DNA of 64,000 nt from Vicugna vicugna (GCA_013265495.1 MU058000.1:930001-994000), one strand, 5' to 3'. Counted from the stretch's first letter, positions 25,167-38,135 are shown. Numbers and translations are program-made. Notes: generated by a model from the letters alone, not told the origin.

Positions 25167-25552
25167 TGTAAGTGGACAGGGCCAGACCGTGTATGATGGT
25201 GGAACGCTGACCCACAAGCTCTGCAGCAGCTGGCCAAGCACAGTCAGGACTTGGTCAATGACTGCTAGCTCCCTTAATTTTTGCCCCTGCCTCCAACTCG
25301 AAACCAACCAGAGAAAGACAAGTATGTTCCCCAAACCAATCATCTAGGGGTCCCTGCTTCTAGTTAGAGAACCCTCAGCCTCCCTGGCTGACAGCCTCCA
25401 GTGAGGGCATGCCTTAAGCCTTCTCTTTCTTTCCTACTCCCCTGTCTTCAGGTCTCTGCCAAATGCAAGGGATGGTGGCTGACTCCTTTGCTGTAGCAAG
25501 CTCTGAATAAATAACTTCTGTCTCATTCGGTTAGTCTTTGTTTATTTCCACA
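25167..25552 (+). mobile_element. Old solo LTR (probably ERVL class; subfamily uncertain)
   Basis: tgtaagtgg...ctgacccacaagctctgcagca...ggacttggtcaatgactgc...gcaagctctgaataaa...tttatttccaca. Confidence 0.7.
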
Positions 25553-25608
25553 CTTGCTTTTAATAATCAACCACTGTGTCTAGAGCTAAACACAATATGT
25601 TCACCCAC

Positions 25609-26059
25609 TGTATTAGTCAGGGTTCTCCAGAGCAACAGAAGCAATATATTTTACAAATATGACTTTAAGGAATTGGCTCAGGTGACTGTGGAGGCTGACA
25701 AGTCCTAAGATCTGAAGTCAGCAAGCTGGAGACCCAGGAGAGCCCAAGGTGTGGTTCAGTCTGAAGGCCAGAAGGCTTGAGACCCAGGAAGAACCAATGC
25801 TTCGGTTTGAGGCTGAAGGCAAGAAAAAGACAATGTCCCAGTTCGAAGGCAGTCAGGCAAGGGGAGCTCTTTTTTACTTAGGTCTATTCAGGCCTTCAAC
25901 TCATGGGATGAGACCTTGAGGGCAATCTGCTTTATCCAGTCTACAAATTTAAATGTTAATCTCAACCAAAAGCCCTTACAGAAATATCCAGGATGTTTAA
26001 GCAAATATCTGGGTACCCACATGGCCCAATCAAGTTGACATATCAAATTAGCCATTATA
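25609..26059 (-). mobile_element. ERVL LTR, MLT2B-like
   Basis: tgtattagtcagggttctccagag...gcaagctggagacccaggagagcc...gagggcaatctgcttt...caagttgacatatcaaattagccattata. Confidence 0.9.
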
Positions 26060-26410
26060 CCCCACCAAATTAATTCCCTTTGCCAAGTTTCCAATTTGAG
26101 GCTGATTCCACCTCAATTCCTTCCCTTTTCCACAATCTTGTAGACATGCTTCTATAATCCTCCATATTTTCTCCATTCTATAATCCTAATTAGTTATTAG
26201 TTTTTTTCTGAACCTTGCTTTTACAGTCCTTTCCTTTCCTGTCCAGTCCAACCACTTTCCCCAATACATGTCACTACCACATAGCTAGTAGGTATCTTTA
26301 GATTTCTTAAAATACCTAATCTATAGTTTATATTTTATTGTCAGATAACGCTTTCTAAAATACCGCTTTCGTCACATTTGTTCCTCCCTCAAGAGGAGGT
26401 AGCTTCCTAA

Positions 26411-26612
26411 CAGTGATTTTTCAACTCTACCTATACTTTAGAATTAGCTAGGATGCTACAAAACAGACGAACAAACCAACAGATGACCCAAAAACACCTG
26501 TGCTTACACCCCATGCCACACCAGATCGTCTCTGGGGGTGGGGTGAAGATAGCTGTGTTTTTGAAAAGCATCCCCAGGTGATTTTATGTGTAACCAGAGT
26601 TGAGAACCGCTG
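26411..26612. mobile_element. MER5B-like MITE
   Basis: cagtgatttttcaactct ... ccccaggtgattttatgtgtaaccagagttgagaaccgctg. Confidence 0.8.
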
Positions 26613-26759
26613 TCAGATCAAGCCAAACTTCCTCTGGCCTGATAATCAAGGGTATCGACGAACTAGTCCTACAAATAAGGACCTACTTTCAGCCTTTCCC
26701 AAACTTTTGATAAGAATATCAAGCATCCCTTGTTAAACCCATCTTCTGTTGACTCTGCC

Positions 26760-27180
26760 TCTGAAGCACTAACTGTGAGGGAGGGGCCTGAAACTGCTGC
26801 ATGTCAATCAAATGCTCCAGGTCGTTCTTAGGTCGAGGGTGGTGGGAATGGCAGCTGGATATCTCAGAGCATCTTCAGTTTTGACGTACAGTGAATCACG
26901 TGGGGATCTGGTTGGTTAGTGTGCAGATTCTGTTGAGTAGATGGGGAAGGAGTGCTGAAAGCCGAGATCCAGCAAAGTTTCGGGTGCTGTTGGTTCTGCC
27001 AATCCATGGGCCACGCTTGAGTAGCCATGCTGCCTATTGAAATCACCTAGGGAGCGTCACAAACTGCTGATGCTCGTGTTCCATCCTCAGAGATGCTGAT
27101 TTTAATTGGCCTGGTGCAGCTAGGGCATTGGGAGTTTTAAAAGCATCCCAGGTGAAAGCAGTGTGAACCGATGTTGAACA
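26760..27180. mobile_element. Three adjacent or nested MER5-family MITE pieces
   Basis: ctccaggtcgttctta end (~26850); gaatcacgtggggatct...tgcagattctg...gggccacgcttgagtag (26868-27025); aatcacctagggag...cccaggtgaaagcagtgtg (27035-27180). Confidence 0.65.
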
Positions 27181-28124
27181 GATTCATCTCTGCACTTTCC
27201 TTTACTCTCATGCTGATCTGGGTCACTCTGCTTTTTCATCTCTGTTAAACCAAGTCCTACAATTTCTATCAAGTGCTGCTCAAAAGATACCTTTCTTTTC
27301 CAAGATGCCTGCCTGCCTTAATTAACTCAGCTTGTAATAATCCTCTCCTCACTTTGATTTATTTTAACACAGATGTGTACTACTTACACATTACTCACAG
27401 ATGCCTTTCAAGTTATGAATGTAACCAAGTTTTGAACATGTACTTCTTCTACTTTGATGTCTTAAGCACTGTCAGGAAAATTATCAGAAACTTGGAAATA
27501 AGCAAGAGAGATCACAGTGTGTTTAAGCCCGGGTCTGAGCTTGATTTTTCTATTGACTGTTGTATTTCACAGCTTTGTACTGGCATAGGTCAACTGTCAA
27601 TTTTTGTCAAGCAGAGATGCAAATAATACCTGTCTATTGGAAGGGGTGACCCCAGAGGTTATGGGTTTATTGCCCTGTAAGGCATTAGTCAATTTTATAT
27701 GTAACCCAGCAAACTTGCCTTAACATTCATTTACTAAATTGGCTCTATATATCACTTGTTCCCTCATTAATTAATGAGTTGAATAAGATCTTTGACATAC
27801 AGGATTATGAATGGGAGTCATGATTTTACCTATATGAAAACTGTTTTAAAATGTTGAAATGCTTAGGTAGGAGTTTAATCAATGCCTGGTGATATTAATT
27901 GGATTGAAGAAATCAATGATAAAGTTTTATATCTGAAGAGACAATAAATATGTCTTGAAAGTATAGGACAGAATAACTGATGGATCAAGTTATATGAGAA
28001 ACTCAAGTAGTAACCATTCCAAAAGGAACAGGCCATACTGATTTGAGGCTAATCATTTTGCAAACAGTTTTCAGCTGTTTTTCCCCTCCAGTGTATTTTT
28101 AAGCAACGGACATAGAGGTTCAGA

Positions 28125-28278
28125 ATCATAGGACAATAGTGGGAGGAGCCAGAACCATGAAATTAAACAGTCAGTTCAAATCTTGGCTGTGCCCCTGGTA
28201 GTTGATCTCTGTAAACTGGGGTCAGTAAATCCCTATGAGAAGCATCTTGTGCATAATGGGTGCTTAATAAATGTTAGT
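28125..28278 (+). mobile_element. MIR SINE
   Basis: agttcaaatcttggctgtgcc...atctctgtaaactgggg...gtgcttaataaatgttag. Confidence 0.6.
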
Positions 28279-28398
28279 CCCCTTCCTCATGAACATCTCA
28301 GAGGACGAGAGAGGTGGACAACTGCAGCCTAGATTGGAAACCTGAGTTATGGGGAAAGAGTTAAAATGACTTAATACTGTTTATATAGGGCCATAAAA

Positions 28399-28412
28399 GC
28401 ACCATCTGCTGG
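28399..28412 (-). promoter_or_regulatory. CTCF-binding motif (candidate)
   Basis: Minus strand CCAGCAGATGGTGC vs consensus CCASYAGRKGGCRS (one mismatch). Confidence 0.5.
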
Positions 28413-29289
28413 CTCTAGCCAGTTAAGCCCTTACGAAGCTGACATACACTAATGCTATACTGAGAGGGAGAAATGGCTAAGGCTTTGCTCTCTCTATCAT
28501 TATTCGATGAGCTGCCATCTCAGGACCAGTCTCCAGTTTACCCATCACATAACCCAGTTGTTCAACATTTAAAGATTTATTTTGGCCCTTAAATATTTAT
28601 ACTCTCCTCCAACCTTTTATGGCTATAGTTACTGCTGAAGAAAAAACAAGACTCAGGAGGTTTACTGTGTGGTATGTCAGCGGTTCTAGACTTTGCTGTT
28701 GGATTGAAGCACGTTTTATGTTGAATCAGACTCAGATGAGTGGATTAATACTAAACCCTCATTTTGCATGATGAGGCTGTATGTGCCTGGGATAAAGGGT
28801 ACGGTCTATTCCTTTTTATACCCAGGTGTCAGTGAAGAAAAGACCACTTGCTTTGCAATACTTGTTACTGAGTCAGAACTGAACAGCAGTATGTCCTAGA
28901 CCTTGGGAGGGTGGGGTTGCCTCCAGTAAAACATGCAGCTGAAGGTTGTCCCCGTGGCAGAAGGAAACTTGAAGATTGCTCCTGTTGCTGCTCACACACC
29001 TGTGTTTGGATCCTCATTATCATCATTAGGCCTAATGATGGGCTGACTCCACATCCCTGGGACATTTGGCCTCATTTGGATGATTAAAGAGAATAAAATA
29101 TATGTCCTAGACACCTGCCAACTTGCAATAATAATAGCCTGGATTTACATAATGTCTTTCTCCAAGTATTTCAAAGCTCCTTGTCTTTGAAAATCTATTT
29201 ATGATAGGAAGGGAGAGAGAATCTAATTTTTATTTTACAGAATCTTAGAGTTGTGGTAGAATTTAAACATTTGGTTATTTTGGTAGCCA

Positions 29290-29466
29290 ATCTGTATCCC
29301 AAACTTTGCTGCATTTTGAGATCACCTGGAGAGCTGTAACAAGTATGGATGCCCGGCTCTCACGCCCAGGCATTCCCATTGAACTGTTCTGGGGGCTGAG
29401 CTGGGCGTCCAGATTTCTAAAAACTCCTAAGGTGATTGGAATGTGCAGAAAAGCTTAGGACCACAT
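29290..29466. mobile_element. MER5B-like MITE
   Basis: cccaaactttgctgcattttgagatcacctggagagct...aactcctaaggtgattggaatgtgcag. Confidence 0.75.
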
Positions 29467-30625
29467 AGGTATAGACGTTTGGTCTGGAACATTTCCATGA
29501 AGTGTTAACAGAAAGAGGCATTTCAGATGGTGGAACTGTTAGGATTCTTCTTCCCCATTGGGTTCTCCATCCGTATTGCTGTTTTCATTCTTGACTAACC
29601 CTATTAATAAAGAGGAGAGATATTTAAACTATAGCCAACAGCAGAATCATTGGGATGACCTCAGCCTTGTCCGCCAACCAATATTAGGTTAGTTTAGATC
29701 ACTGTCTTCTTTCAGTAATTGTACTTTGGTGGAATTTCAGATAGAAGATAATTAAATCAACATATAACTGTAGTTTTAAAAGAAAGCAATGACAAATTCA
29801 TCCCTTAGGAATCTATATATAGCTTTGAATTTGTAGAAAATAGTTGGGTAATAGGTTTCTAGTGAGTGAAGTGGGTTTTTAAGGAGGGAAGATGCTGAAG
29901 GCCTTTTAATCATAGTGGGGAAAGGATTCTACAAAACATGAATGAAGACAGCAGGGGCTTGTGATGGTGTGGCTGGGGGGTGTTTATCATTAAACTTACT
30001 TGTTCTCTGAGGTTGACAGAGATGCTCAGGCAATACTGAGGGCTAGAAAAGCCAAGGGGCAGCCAAGTGTGTCTTTGGTCCCTCTGTCAGTGCCAGTGAC
30101 TCAGCCATGACTTCTGGTGTGGGACCAACTTCACCTGAAGATGTATTGATCCGATGCTGACATTTACAGGGCTGTTTTGTGGAAGCAGCTGTTGCCTGGA
30201 GGGGAATAAGACTAGCTTCTCAGAGGTTGAGCTCCTTCTCCATCTGTCTGGGTGAAAAGAGGAGGGAGCCAGAGTATAAAAAGGCAGAGAAGCCGTGAAA
30301 AATGGGCCCTGCACAGAGACCATGGGAAGGAAGGGAGTCAACTGGAGAGAAGGCAGTATGACTTTAATAACTTAACAGGAGAGTTCATTTTCTTAGTGTT
30401 TTCGGCTCTAAGGATTAAAATCATGGATTCCTTCCTGCTAACAGGTTCCATAGGCCCCTGGAAGGTCCTAGATCTGACCGTGTCTCTTGTGAGCAGTTAC
30501 TTCCCTTCTGTCGTCCTTTTGGTGCCTCTAAGTGTAGGATATTTTCGGTTTATTTCTAGAGGCACAAGCACATCTATAGACATTTGAGCAATTCTCAGCA
30601 GATATTAGGTGACTTATTAGGAGAG

Positions 30626-31078
30626 TGTATTAGTTTCCTAGGGCTGTGCAACAAATTACTACAAACTGGGTGCGTTAAAGCACAGAAATTTATTCTTTCA
30701 CAGTTCTGGAAGCTAGCAGTCTGAATTCACAGAGTCAGCAGGGCCATGCTCCCTCTGAAGGCTCTAGGGAAGAATCTTTCCTTGTCTCTTCCTAGTTAGT
30801 GGTGGTCCTGGAAATCTGGGCCTTCACTGACTTGAAGATGTATCACTGCGATCTGTGTCTTCATCACCACATCACCTTCTTCCCTGTGTGTTTCCCTGGG
30901 TCTTCTCTTCTTACAAGGATGACAGTCATTGGATTTAGGGTCGACCCTAAATTCAGGATGATTTTGTCTTGAGATCCTTGTCTAGTTCCATCTGCAAAGA
31001 TTCTGTTTCCAAACAAGGCAACATTTGGATGTTCCAGGTGAACATGAGTTTTGGAGGGACACTATTCAGCCCACTACA
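30626..31078 (-). mobile_element. MaLR LTR, MLT1B/C-like
   Basis: tgtattagtttcctagggctg...cagaaatttattctttcacagttctggaagctag...catctgcaaagattctgtttccaaacaagg...attcagcccactaca. Confidence 0.9.
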
Positions 31079-31141
31079 AAAGAATGAAACACAAGACAAA
31101 GGAGAGAAGGTTGATGAATGGATTGAGAACAGGGCCAAGAC

Positions 31142-31290
31142 CAGTGATTCTTAACATTGGTTGTTCATTAGAAACACTGGAAGAGAAGGGGAGCCTTTAA
31201 ATAATCCCTATCTTGGCCTCATTCCTGATATTCTGAGTGGATCAATGTAGAGTGGGGCCTGATCAGCATAAAAGCTTTCACTTACGATGT
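31142..31290. mobile_element. MER5-like MITE (degraded)
   Basis: cagtgattcttaacattggttgttcattagaa start; agtggggcctga internal motif. Confidence 0.5.
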
Positions 31291-32266
31291 GAGCACAAAA
31301 GGTCTTTGGATGAAGAGGGGCGATCTAAGATAATAGAGAAGAGTGAAGACTCCAGGGGATGGAGAGTGTGCATGTAGCAGTGTAAAACTTTCAGATTCGA
31401 TTTAGCAATGTCTCCCAAACAAAATGGGTTTGCAGGCCTGGAAAGAGAGGAGGCCAATTTGAGATGCCAGGTTTAAGCTCTTAGGAATTCTTCCATAGTA
31501 TCTTGGGTCAATTGGAATGGTAACCTAGCCCCAAAGTGCGTATGGTGATAATGACACAGAATATTTGGGGTAAATTTTGACCTGGAGATGACAGAATATG
31601 GAATTGCCCTACCTAAAAGGACCCTATTGATGAATGGTCCTACCCAGGAACCAGGTTGTGTTCCAAGGCTCCTTTGCCCGATTGTACATGCCCTAGACTC
31701 TGGACTGATTCTGCCATATTGTAGAATGCTATTCTGGGCCCACGTGACAACGATTTAGGATTCTTTTCTGAAGCTTGAATGTCTGTCTCTAAAAGAACTC
31801 ACTCACTCCCCGTATTCCTTTTTAATGGTGGGATCTGAGTCTGTATCTAGCCTTGTCACTGGATGACCAGAGTCACTGGATGTCATAAGTTGTATGACCT
31901 TGATTACTTGTCCAAGGTTGGTTATTTTTGTTTTACAGATGCAACTTATTGATGGAGACCTTACTGATTTATTGTTAGGATTAGATTGTTACGAGATTTA
32001 GTAAATGTTAATTCTCTTTCACTGACTCTTCTCCACTGTTTATTTTGCCAGGGAAACAGTGTTAGTTATTGAAGAACACATGCTACTGTTGTTTATCTTT
32101 TGACTACCAATTAAAAGCCAGTAGGACTATCAATAGCTGACATTTTTCTGAGTACTTTACGTGTGCTGAAAACTTTAAGAGTTTGGCACCAGATTTCACT
32201 TAATTTTACGATTCCATTTCCTTATTTGTAAATAGGGATAAATAATATAGATATTATATAATACAT

Positions 32267-32629
32267 TGTTAAAATATAGTTTAAAAAGACAATTTAGGTG
32301 AAACAAATAAACTTAAGCACATCATGAAGTGGACAGTCTCCTTTTGGAGAGCCACCAAATGGGGTGGAGGGCAGGGAGCTTTTATAAGATAAAAAACAAG
32401 GGAGAGGAAAAGAGAAAATACCTGATTGCCTAGGGCCACAGGGTCAACCTTATTTGGGGTAAGAAGGCCCGGATTTGGGTTGGTTTTTGGGGATTGGCTG
32501 ATTGGATATGCTGTGTTTCTGGTCACGTGGAGTAGTTACAAGGACATGAAGTCATCTAATTTTCAGTTTGCTGATGTGGCATCTCGGGCAGGAGTGACTC
32601 AATTTTGGGCCTAGAAATTTATTTCAACA
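32267..32629 (-). mobile_element. ERV1-class solo LTR
   Basis: Minus strand tgttgaaataaatttctaggcccaaaattgagtcactcc...ccaatcagccaatc...cttataaaagc; TGTT...AACA ends; flanks acat/atat. Confidence 0.7.
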
Positions 32630-33703
32630 ATATAAATGATATATATTTATAGACATAAATTACACACACATATAATTTATTTATTTTTTACACATGCATG
32701 TAATTTACCTCTCCTTACAAATGAGGAAATTGCAGCCCAGAGAGAGGAAGAAATTTACCTAAGAGCACACAGCTCTTTTGACTCCAGAAACGACACTAGT
32801 ATCCACTCCACAGTTCTCCTGATTCATTTGTGAATGGTGTGAGGACAGGTGTCTACTTCAGGTGTAGCCAAAGACCTATCTGTGGTTGCATTTCAGAAAG
32901 TCCCTGTAAGCACTGAGGGGCAGCCCTTTCTTCTAAAGACCCAAGTAAAAATCACTTGAGTCCTCAGGGGTGCTCTGTGGGTCTTTGTATTCACACGTGT
33001 AACACCAGTGTTTTCATTTTACAGATTATGTTATCAATAGTGATAGCTAATTAAGAAAACCCAAGCAGGTAGCATTCCATTAGTGCTTTGTGAGAAACAG
33101 CAATATTTGCCTCATTATTTCTAATGTATTTTTAGGCTATGGAAATAATTAGGCCAAAAGAATCTATAGATCTATAAGAGAAGAGAAAGGGGACAACATC
33201 TTTTGGTGGATAAAGTAAATCCATTTTTCATCCTGGCATAAAGTTTCTAAACCTTGGGATTAATCATTAAGATGACATTTTATGTTTTTATAATCATATA
33301 TAATAAGAGTACCCAGACTGTCCCTAACACATGATAGGTACTCAGCAAAGAGGTCTGTATCTCTCAGTGGATTAAAAAGAAAATTATGGATAATGCTTTA
33401 CATACCTCTCAAAATAAATACACGTTTACAGTCAACCAGCGTGTTGAGGGGGGCAGACCCAAAATAGAACACAAATGGTAGTAAATAAACCTAATTGTAT
33501 TACAGATGAAAAACATAACCACTCTGAAGGGGATGGGGAAAATAAGAGCTAATCTGGGTGGCTTTGAAAAAAGTATTTTGACTGGATGCTGTAAGGCTAG
33601 AGATGAAAAGAACTGTATACAAGTGCTTTACTTTCGTTAGTAAATCTTTTTGTCACAGGCATATGATTTAGCAATTCTGTAACTAAACCCTTTATGTTTA
33701 TCC

Positions 33704-34176
33704 TGTTGACAGAAAATTAATCAGTCGCTCTAAGAAAGAAATGGAAAATTTCATTCGAGCCTGATTTGAGGATTATAACCCGGGAAGAGCATCTTCCACA
33801 GGTTAGAGAGAGAACTCTTCCACAGGTTAGAAATCAAGGCACAGTTATATAAGTTTTTGGAGGCAGAGGGCTGTACATCAATGAAGTATATTGACAGTTT
33901 ACATAATCCCGATCTAAGTGTCACCTTATAAGTGGGTCATGTGACCCCTTATAAGATCAAGGAGGAATGTTATCTTTTAAGGAGTTGTCTTGTTGATGTT
34001 AGGAGAATGTTGCTTTTTATGTTTGAGCTGGTATTCCTGCCGATGGGGGAGGTTTGTTCGCTGTGTAATGCAGACACACAATGCACAGTGGGGGAGAAAG
34101 GATGCCAAAGGGCAGGGAGGAATTTTTTTACGTTTATATCTTTCTTGTCTTACCATAAAGTGAATTTTATTCCTCA
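33704..34176 (-). mobile_element. ERV1-class solo LTR nested in L1
   Basis: TG...CA ends, flanks atcc/atac; host L1 resumes after it; internal 16-bp duplication tcttccacaggttaga. Confidence 0.75.
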
Positions 34177-34432
34177 ATACTAAGATTGAACAAAGAAGTG
34201 AGTATAGTGTTAATAATGAGAACCAGGCTTCTCACTGTTGGAGAAAAATATTGTAAGTAAGAAAAAGGGGAAGGCTAGAATCTGCTTGCAGTGTTGTGTT
34301 GGAATTAGAAGGATCAGTATGAACTCATATGTTTAAATACGTATGCAGATAAACTGATCCAAAAATATAAATGGGTGCTTATATATGGCTTAGTATACAA
34401 CACACATTTCCCAACTATGTTTGCTTAGAGGG

Positions 34433-35367
34433 TACGATACTGTGATTTATTAGAAATACGTATTTGGCCATTTAGATGACCAAAATGTATTTCTCATATA
34501 TGTTTGGTCTTTGTCCAGGGTTCCTGGCTCTCAGCTCCCAAGACCCTTGACATTTCCTGAGAGATAAGAGCAACTGGAGCATCTTTTGTCATAAATATTT
34601 TGCCTCTTGTTTTCACGTCCTGAAATCGCTTCAGAGCCATAACGGTGAAGTGGGTGTCTTGTTATTCATGACAAACCCCTTTCCACCACAACTGAGTTTG
34701 TATTAATGACATGACTTTTGGAAAGCTCATAAGGATGGGGGATGGTTGCAAGGGGACCAACCATGAATAGAGGGATGGGACTAACTTCTGGAGAGAGGAG
34801 ACAGGCTGGAGGTTGAATCAGTTACAAATGGCCGATGATTTAATCAATCATACCCATATAATGAAGCCTCCATAAGAAATCAAAAAGACAGGGTTTGGAG
34901 AGCTTCCCAGTTGGTGAACGTGTGGGGATTTGGGGAGAGTGATGCACCTGGAGAGGGCAGGGAAGCTTCACGCCCTCTTCTCCATGCCCTATCCCCATAT
35001 TTTGCCCTGCACATCTCTTCCACTGGCTGTTTCTGAATTACATCCTTTTATAATAAACCAGTGATCTAGTAAGTAACATGTTTTTCTGAGTTCTGTGAGC
35101 TACTCTAGCAAATTAATCCAACCCAAGGAGGGGGTTGTTGGAACCTCTAAACTACAATCTGTTGGTCAGAAACATAGATAATAGGCTGGGCTTATGATTG
35201 GAGACTGAAATGAGTGGGTGAGGTGGTCTTGTGAGACAGAGCCCTTAACTTGAGGGATCTCCAGGAAAATGGTATAAGAACTGAGTTAAATGGTAGGACA
35301 CAAAGCTGGAGTCAGAGCATCACTTGGTAATATGGGGGGAATTGGAGTTGGGATCAGAACACATTTA
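34433..35367 (+). mobile_element. MER21-like LTR nested in L1
   Basis: ttggtctttgtccagggttcctggc, gatttaatcaatcat..taatgaagcctccataa and ttctgagttctgtgagctactctagcaaatt; GAGGG repeated at both flanks. Confidence 0.85.
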
Positions 35368-36944
35368 GAGGGCCAAGGAACAGTAGTGCTCCTGTAGCAA
35401 AGAGCACAATGAGTGCCTAGATCTTGGTTTCTCAATCTCATTCTTGATAAATTCTTGGAGGAGAAATGACTGATTCTAAGGCTAGAGCAAGATGAATCTG
35501 GGCATCTTCTAGTATCTGAAAGTAAAGAAGTATTAAAAAATAACTAAAAAGATGAAGAGGTGTCAAAAGGAAACAGAAGACAACATGATAGAGCTCCCAG
35601 TGGCAAGAGTGGACAATTTGAGTAATATAAGTGACAATAATATTGGATTATGACCCAAAGAATAAAATAAATATTCCAGGTGTCCATCCTGATATAAATA
35701 ATTGAATACATTTTAAAAATGGGGAGAAGAGACAGCTCTTCTTTATGAAGAATCCCAATTAATATATGTAGAAGGAATGAAGGAAATACCAAATCATCAC
35801 TGGGCAACACCACAGTGGTAATTGTTGCCAGGAAGATCTGTGGATGGATGCTAAAATCAGTGGGCAAGTGTTGGAGAAATATAGTATAATAGCATAGTCT
35901 CAAAGTATCTCTCCCAAAATATCTGTCAACTATAAAGGAAGAAATAGGAACTTTACAGTAGAGAAACTCAACAGCCGTTGGCTTTACCATGTAAATAAAA
36001 TTACCGTTATAAGTTCTGAGACATACTCATATTATGTTCCTCTTGATACAAAGTCCTGAGAAGGGCACAGCATCACTTTTGTGATATTCTGTCATATGCC
36101 TAAAATGTATAACCTCAAACTAATAATGAGAAAATATTAGACAACTCAAATTGAGAGACATTCTACCAAATAAACTAACCAGTGCTTAGCAAAAGTACCA
36201 ACATCATGAAAGACAAGCGTAAACTGAGGACGTAACTTTGATTGGAAGCTAAAGAAACAAAATAACTAAAAGCAGCGTGGGGTGAAGGAATAGAAAAAGG
36301 ATATGGAGAAAAATCGATGAGATTTGGGTAAGATCTGTAGTTCAGTTATTAGTATTGAATCAATGATAATTTCCTGACTTGCTAACTGTACTTATATCAG
36401 TTGTGCAAATTAGGGGAAACTGAGTGAAGGAACTGTGGAAACGCTGTACTATTTTTGCGATTTTTAAATTAAGTCTAAAATTGTTTTAAAATATAGAGTT
36501 AAAAATATTAACAAGGGATATTTGGGCATTGGGGTTGTGGGTAATTTTTGTTTTTTATTTTTTCCTCTTAAAAACAATAAAACTAGTTTCTAATTAAAAT
36601 GGGAAAAGTCTTGAAAAAAGAAACAAACCAAAAAAAAAAAAAACCCATAAGAACTGAAGACTTTTAAGAGTTCAGGATAAAGGCAAAAGATTAGACATTA
36701 ATATACAATGTTTACTAGTCTTTATGCTCTTTTTCTTCCTTGCTTTCAAGGTGTTTGTGGAGATCAAGTAACAAAATATTTGTAAAAATGCTTTGAAAAA
36801 CATAAAACCCACTATAAATATTATTCTCTCTTCTAAGGGTTCTTGTTTTCTTCTTGCTCATACTGCGATTTATTAGTGCTAATTCTATTCATGTTATTAA
36901 TTTTTAGGCTGTTGTAGAGAAGAATTATTGGTGCTTTGGTGTAA

Positions 36945-38135
36945 GATAGATCTGCCTATCGCATACTAGCTGCTCAATAAATATTTGTTGAATAAATTGA
37001 ATAAATGAGTGTGAATAAGTGTTTGCTCCTTCACCTCCTTGCTTTGCCGTCTTTGAATGAGGCAATGAGCTTGAGGATTTTTTAAAAAATATATAAAGCA
37101 GGGAAGTGGCACCTGCTTTGAGAGGTTAACCCTGAGGGTGAAGGATTGGGATGTACAAAGGGTCTAGTGGAGTGTCCGACACTCAGTCCTCACTCTCTCC
37201 TGGCAAATTATTGCCATTGTCATCCTCCTCATTGTTTCCATTCTCTGCTTCTCTTTAATTGCCTCTTTCCTTTTTACTAAAATGGTCTATTTCTCCATTT
37301 TCCCTTGGCCAAAAATCTTATTTAAGCTTTAAGACCCCTCACAAGTAGTCTTTCTTCACTTGGTCCTCTAACATTTCATTCTTACCTTTCTTGTGGTTTA
37401 TTGTGACGTGTGTGTGTGCATGTGTGTGTGTGAGAGAGACTTAATCCTCTTTTGCTCTGTAGATTCCTTGAGGTGCCATTTTGGTGTCAGTGCCTGCCAC
37501 GTAGTAAATGCTAAACTGTAAGCCCTCCAGTGGAAAGGAGATTGTATTTATGTTGTTTAGTGTGATTTCTCCAGCGCCTACTATTCCGGCATGTGTAGGC
37601 ATTCAATAAATATGAGATTGAATAAATATGAAGTAGGCAGTGGGTAACGGTAGTTTTGAGTGTTGAGTAATTTTGGCCGCTATCCCGTTTGTTCTTTCCA
37701 TCCCTCTGTTAATTTCTGATTATTTAAATTCACTCTTAGTCATTGGACCAGATCCCTACCCTCTGTCAGAAGAACTGTATTCAGATACTTTGTGATTGAT
37801 GCCCACTTCCTTGTCAGTTTTAATTCCCATCACCTCAGTGTCCATCTCAGGTCCCTATTCTTTGGATTATTTCCAAATTCCCAAATAAACTCTGCACTCT
37901 TATTTGCATGAGCTTTTGGCCATGCTGCATCTTTTATCTGAAATGTCATCCCTCCCATCCTTAACCATCGCATTCTAGTCACCTTCCAGGGCAGCGTAAA
38001 GGACATTCAGTGAATCTCTGTCCCTTCCTGTTCTTTACTGTTTTACAGCAAAACGCTTGTGGCCTTCTTCAGTCTCTGTTTCATTCTTACTTAAGTAAGA
38101 TATCAGTTGTTTACTTGTTATATCGCTTTTAGACT
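36945..38135 (+). mobile_element. Cluster of L2 3'-end fragments
   Basis: gctcaataaatatttgttgaata (36973), cagtgcctgccacgtagtaaatgct (37488), gtaggcattcaataaatatg (37595), ttgtttacttgtt..ttagactag (38107). Confidence 0.65.

Larger units (their letters stand above)
26330..27480 (+). mobile_element. L2 fragment interrupted by several MER5 MITEs
   Basis: L2-like pieces at 26330-26410, 26613-26740 and 27180-27480, in collinear order. Confidence 0.55.
33400..36505 (+). mobile_element. L1MC/L1MD-type 3' region split by two LTR insertions
   Basis: Collinear pieces 33400-33703, 34177-34432 and 35368-36505, including cctagatcttggtttct, ggagaaatgactgattctaaggct and terminal ctgtactatttttgcga...gtctaaaattgttttaaaat. 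Confidence 0.8.

Noticed and set aside
28757..28829. H/ACA snoRNA or miRNA call
   Set aside because: No correctly placed ANANNA/ACA boxes; stems too short or bulged for a confident pre-miRNA
31855..31882. 11-bp direct repeat gtcactggatg
   Set aside because: Isolated micro-duplication with no further structure
35544..35990. 148-aa hydrophobic ORF
   Set aside because: Antisense reading of an L1 3' region
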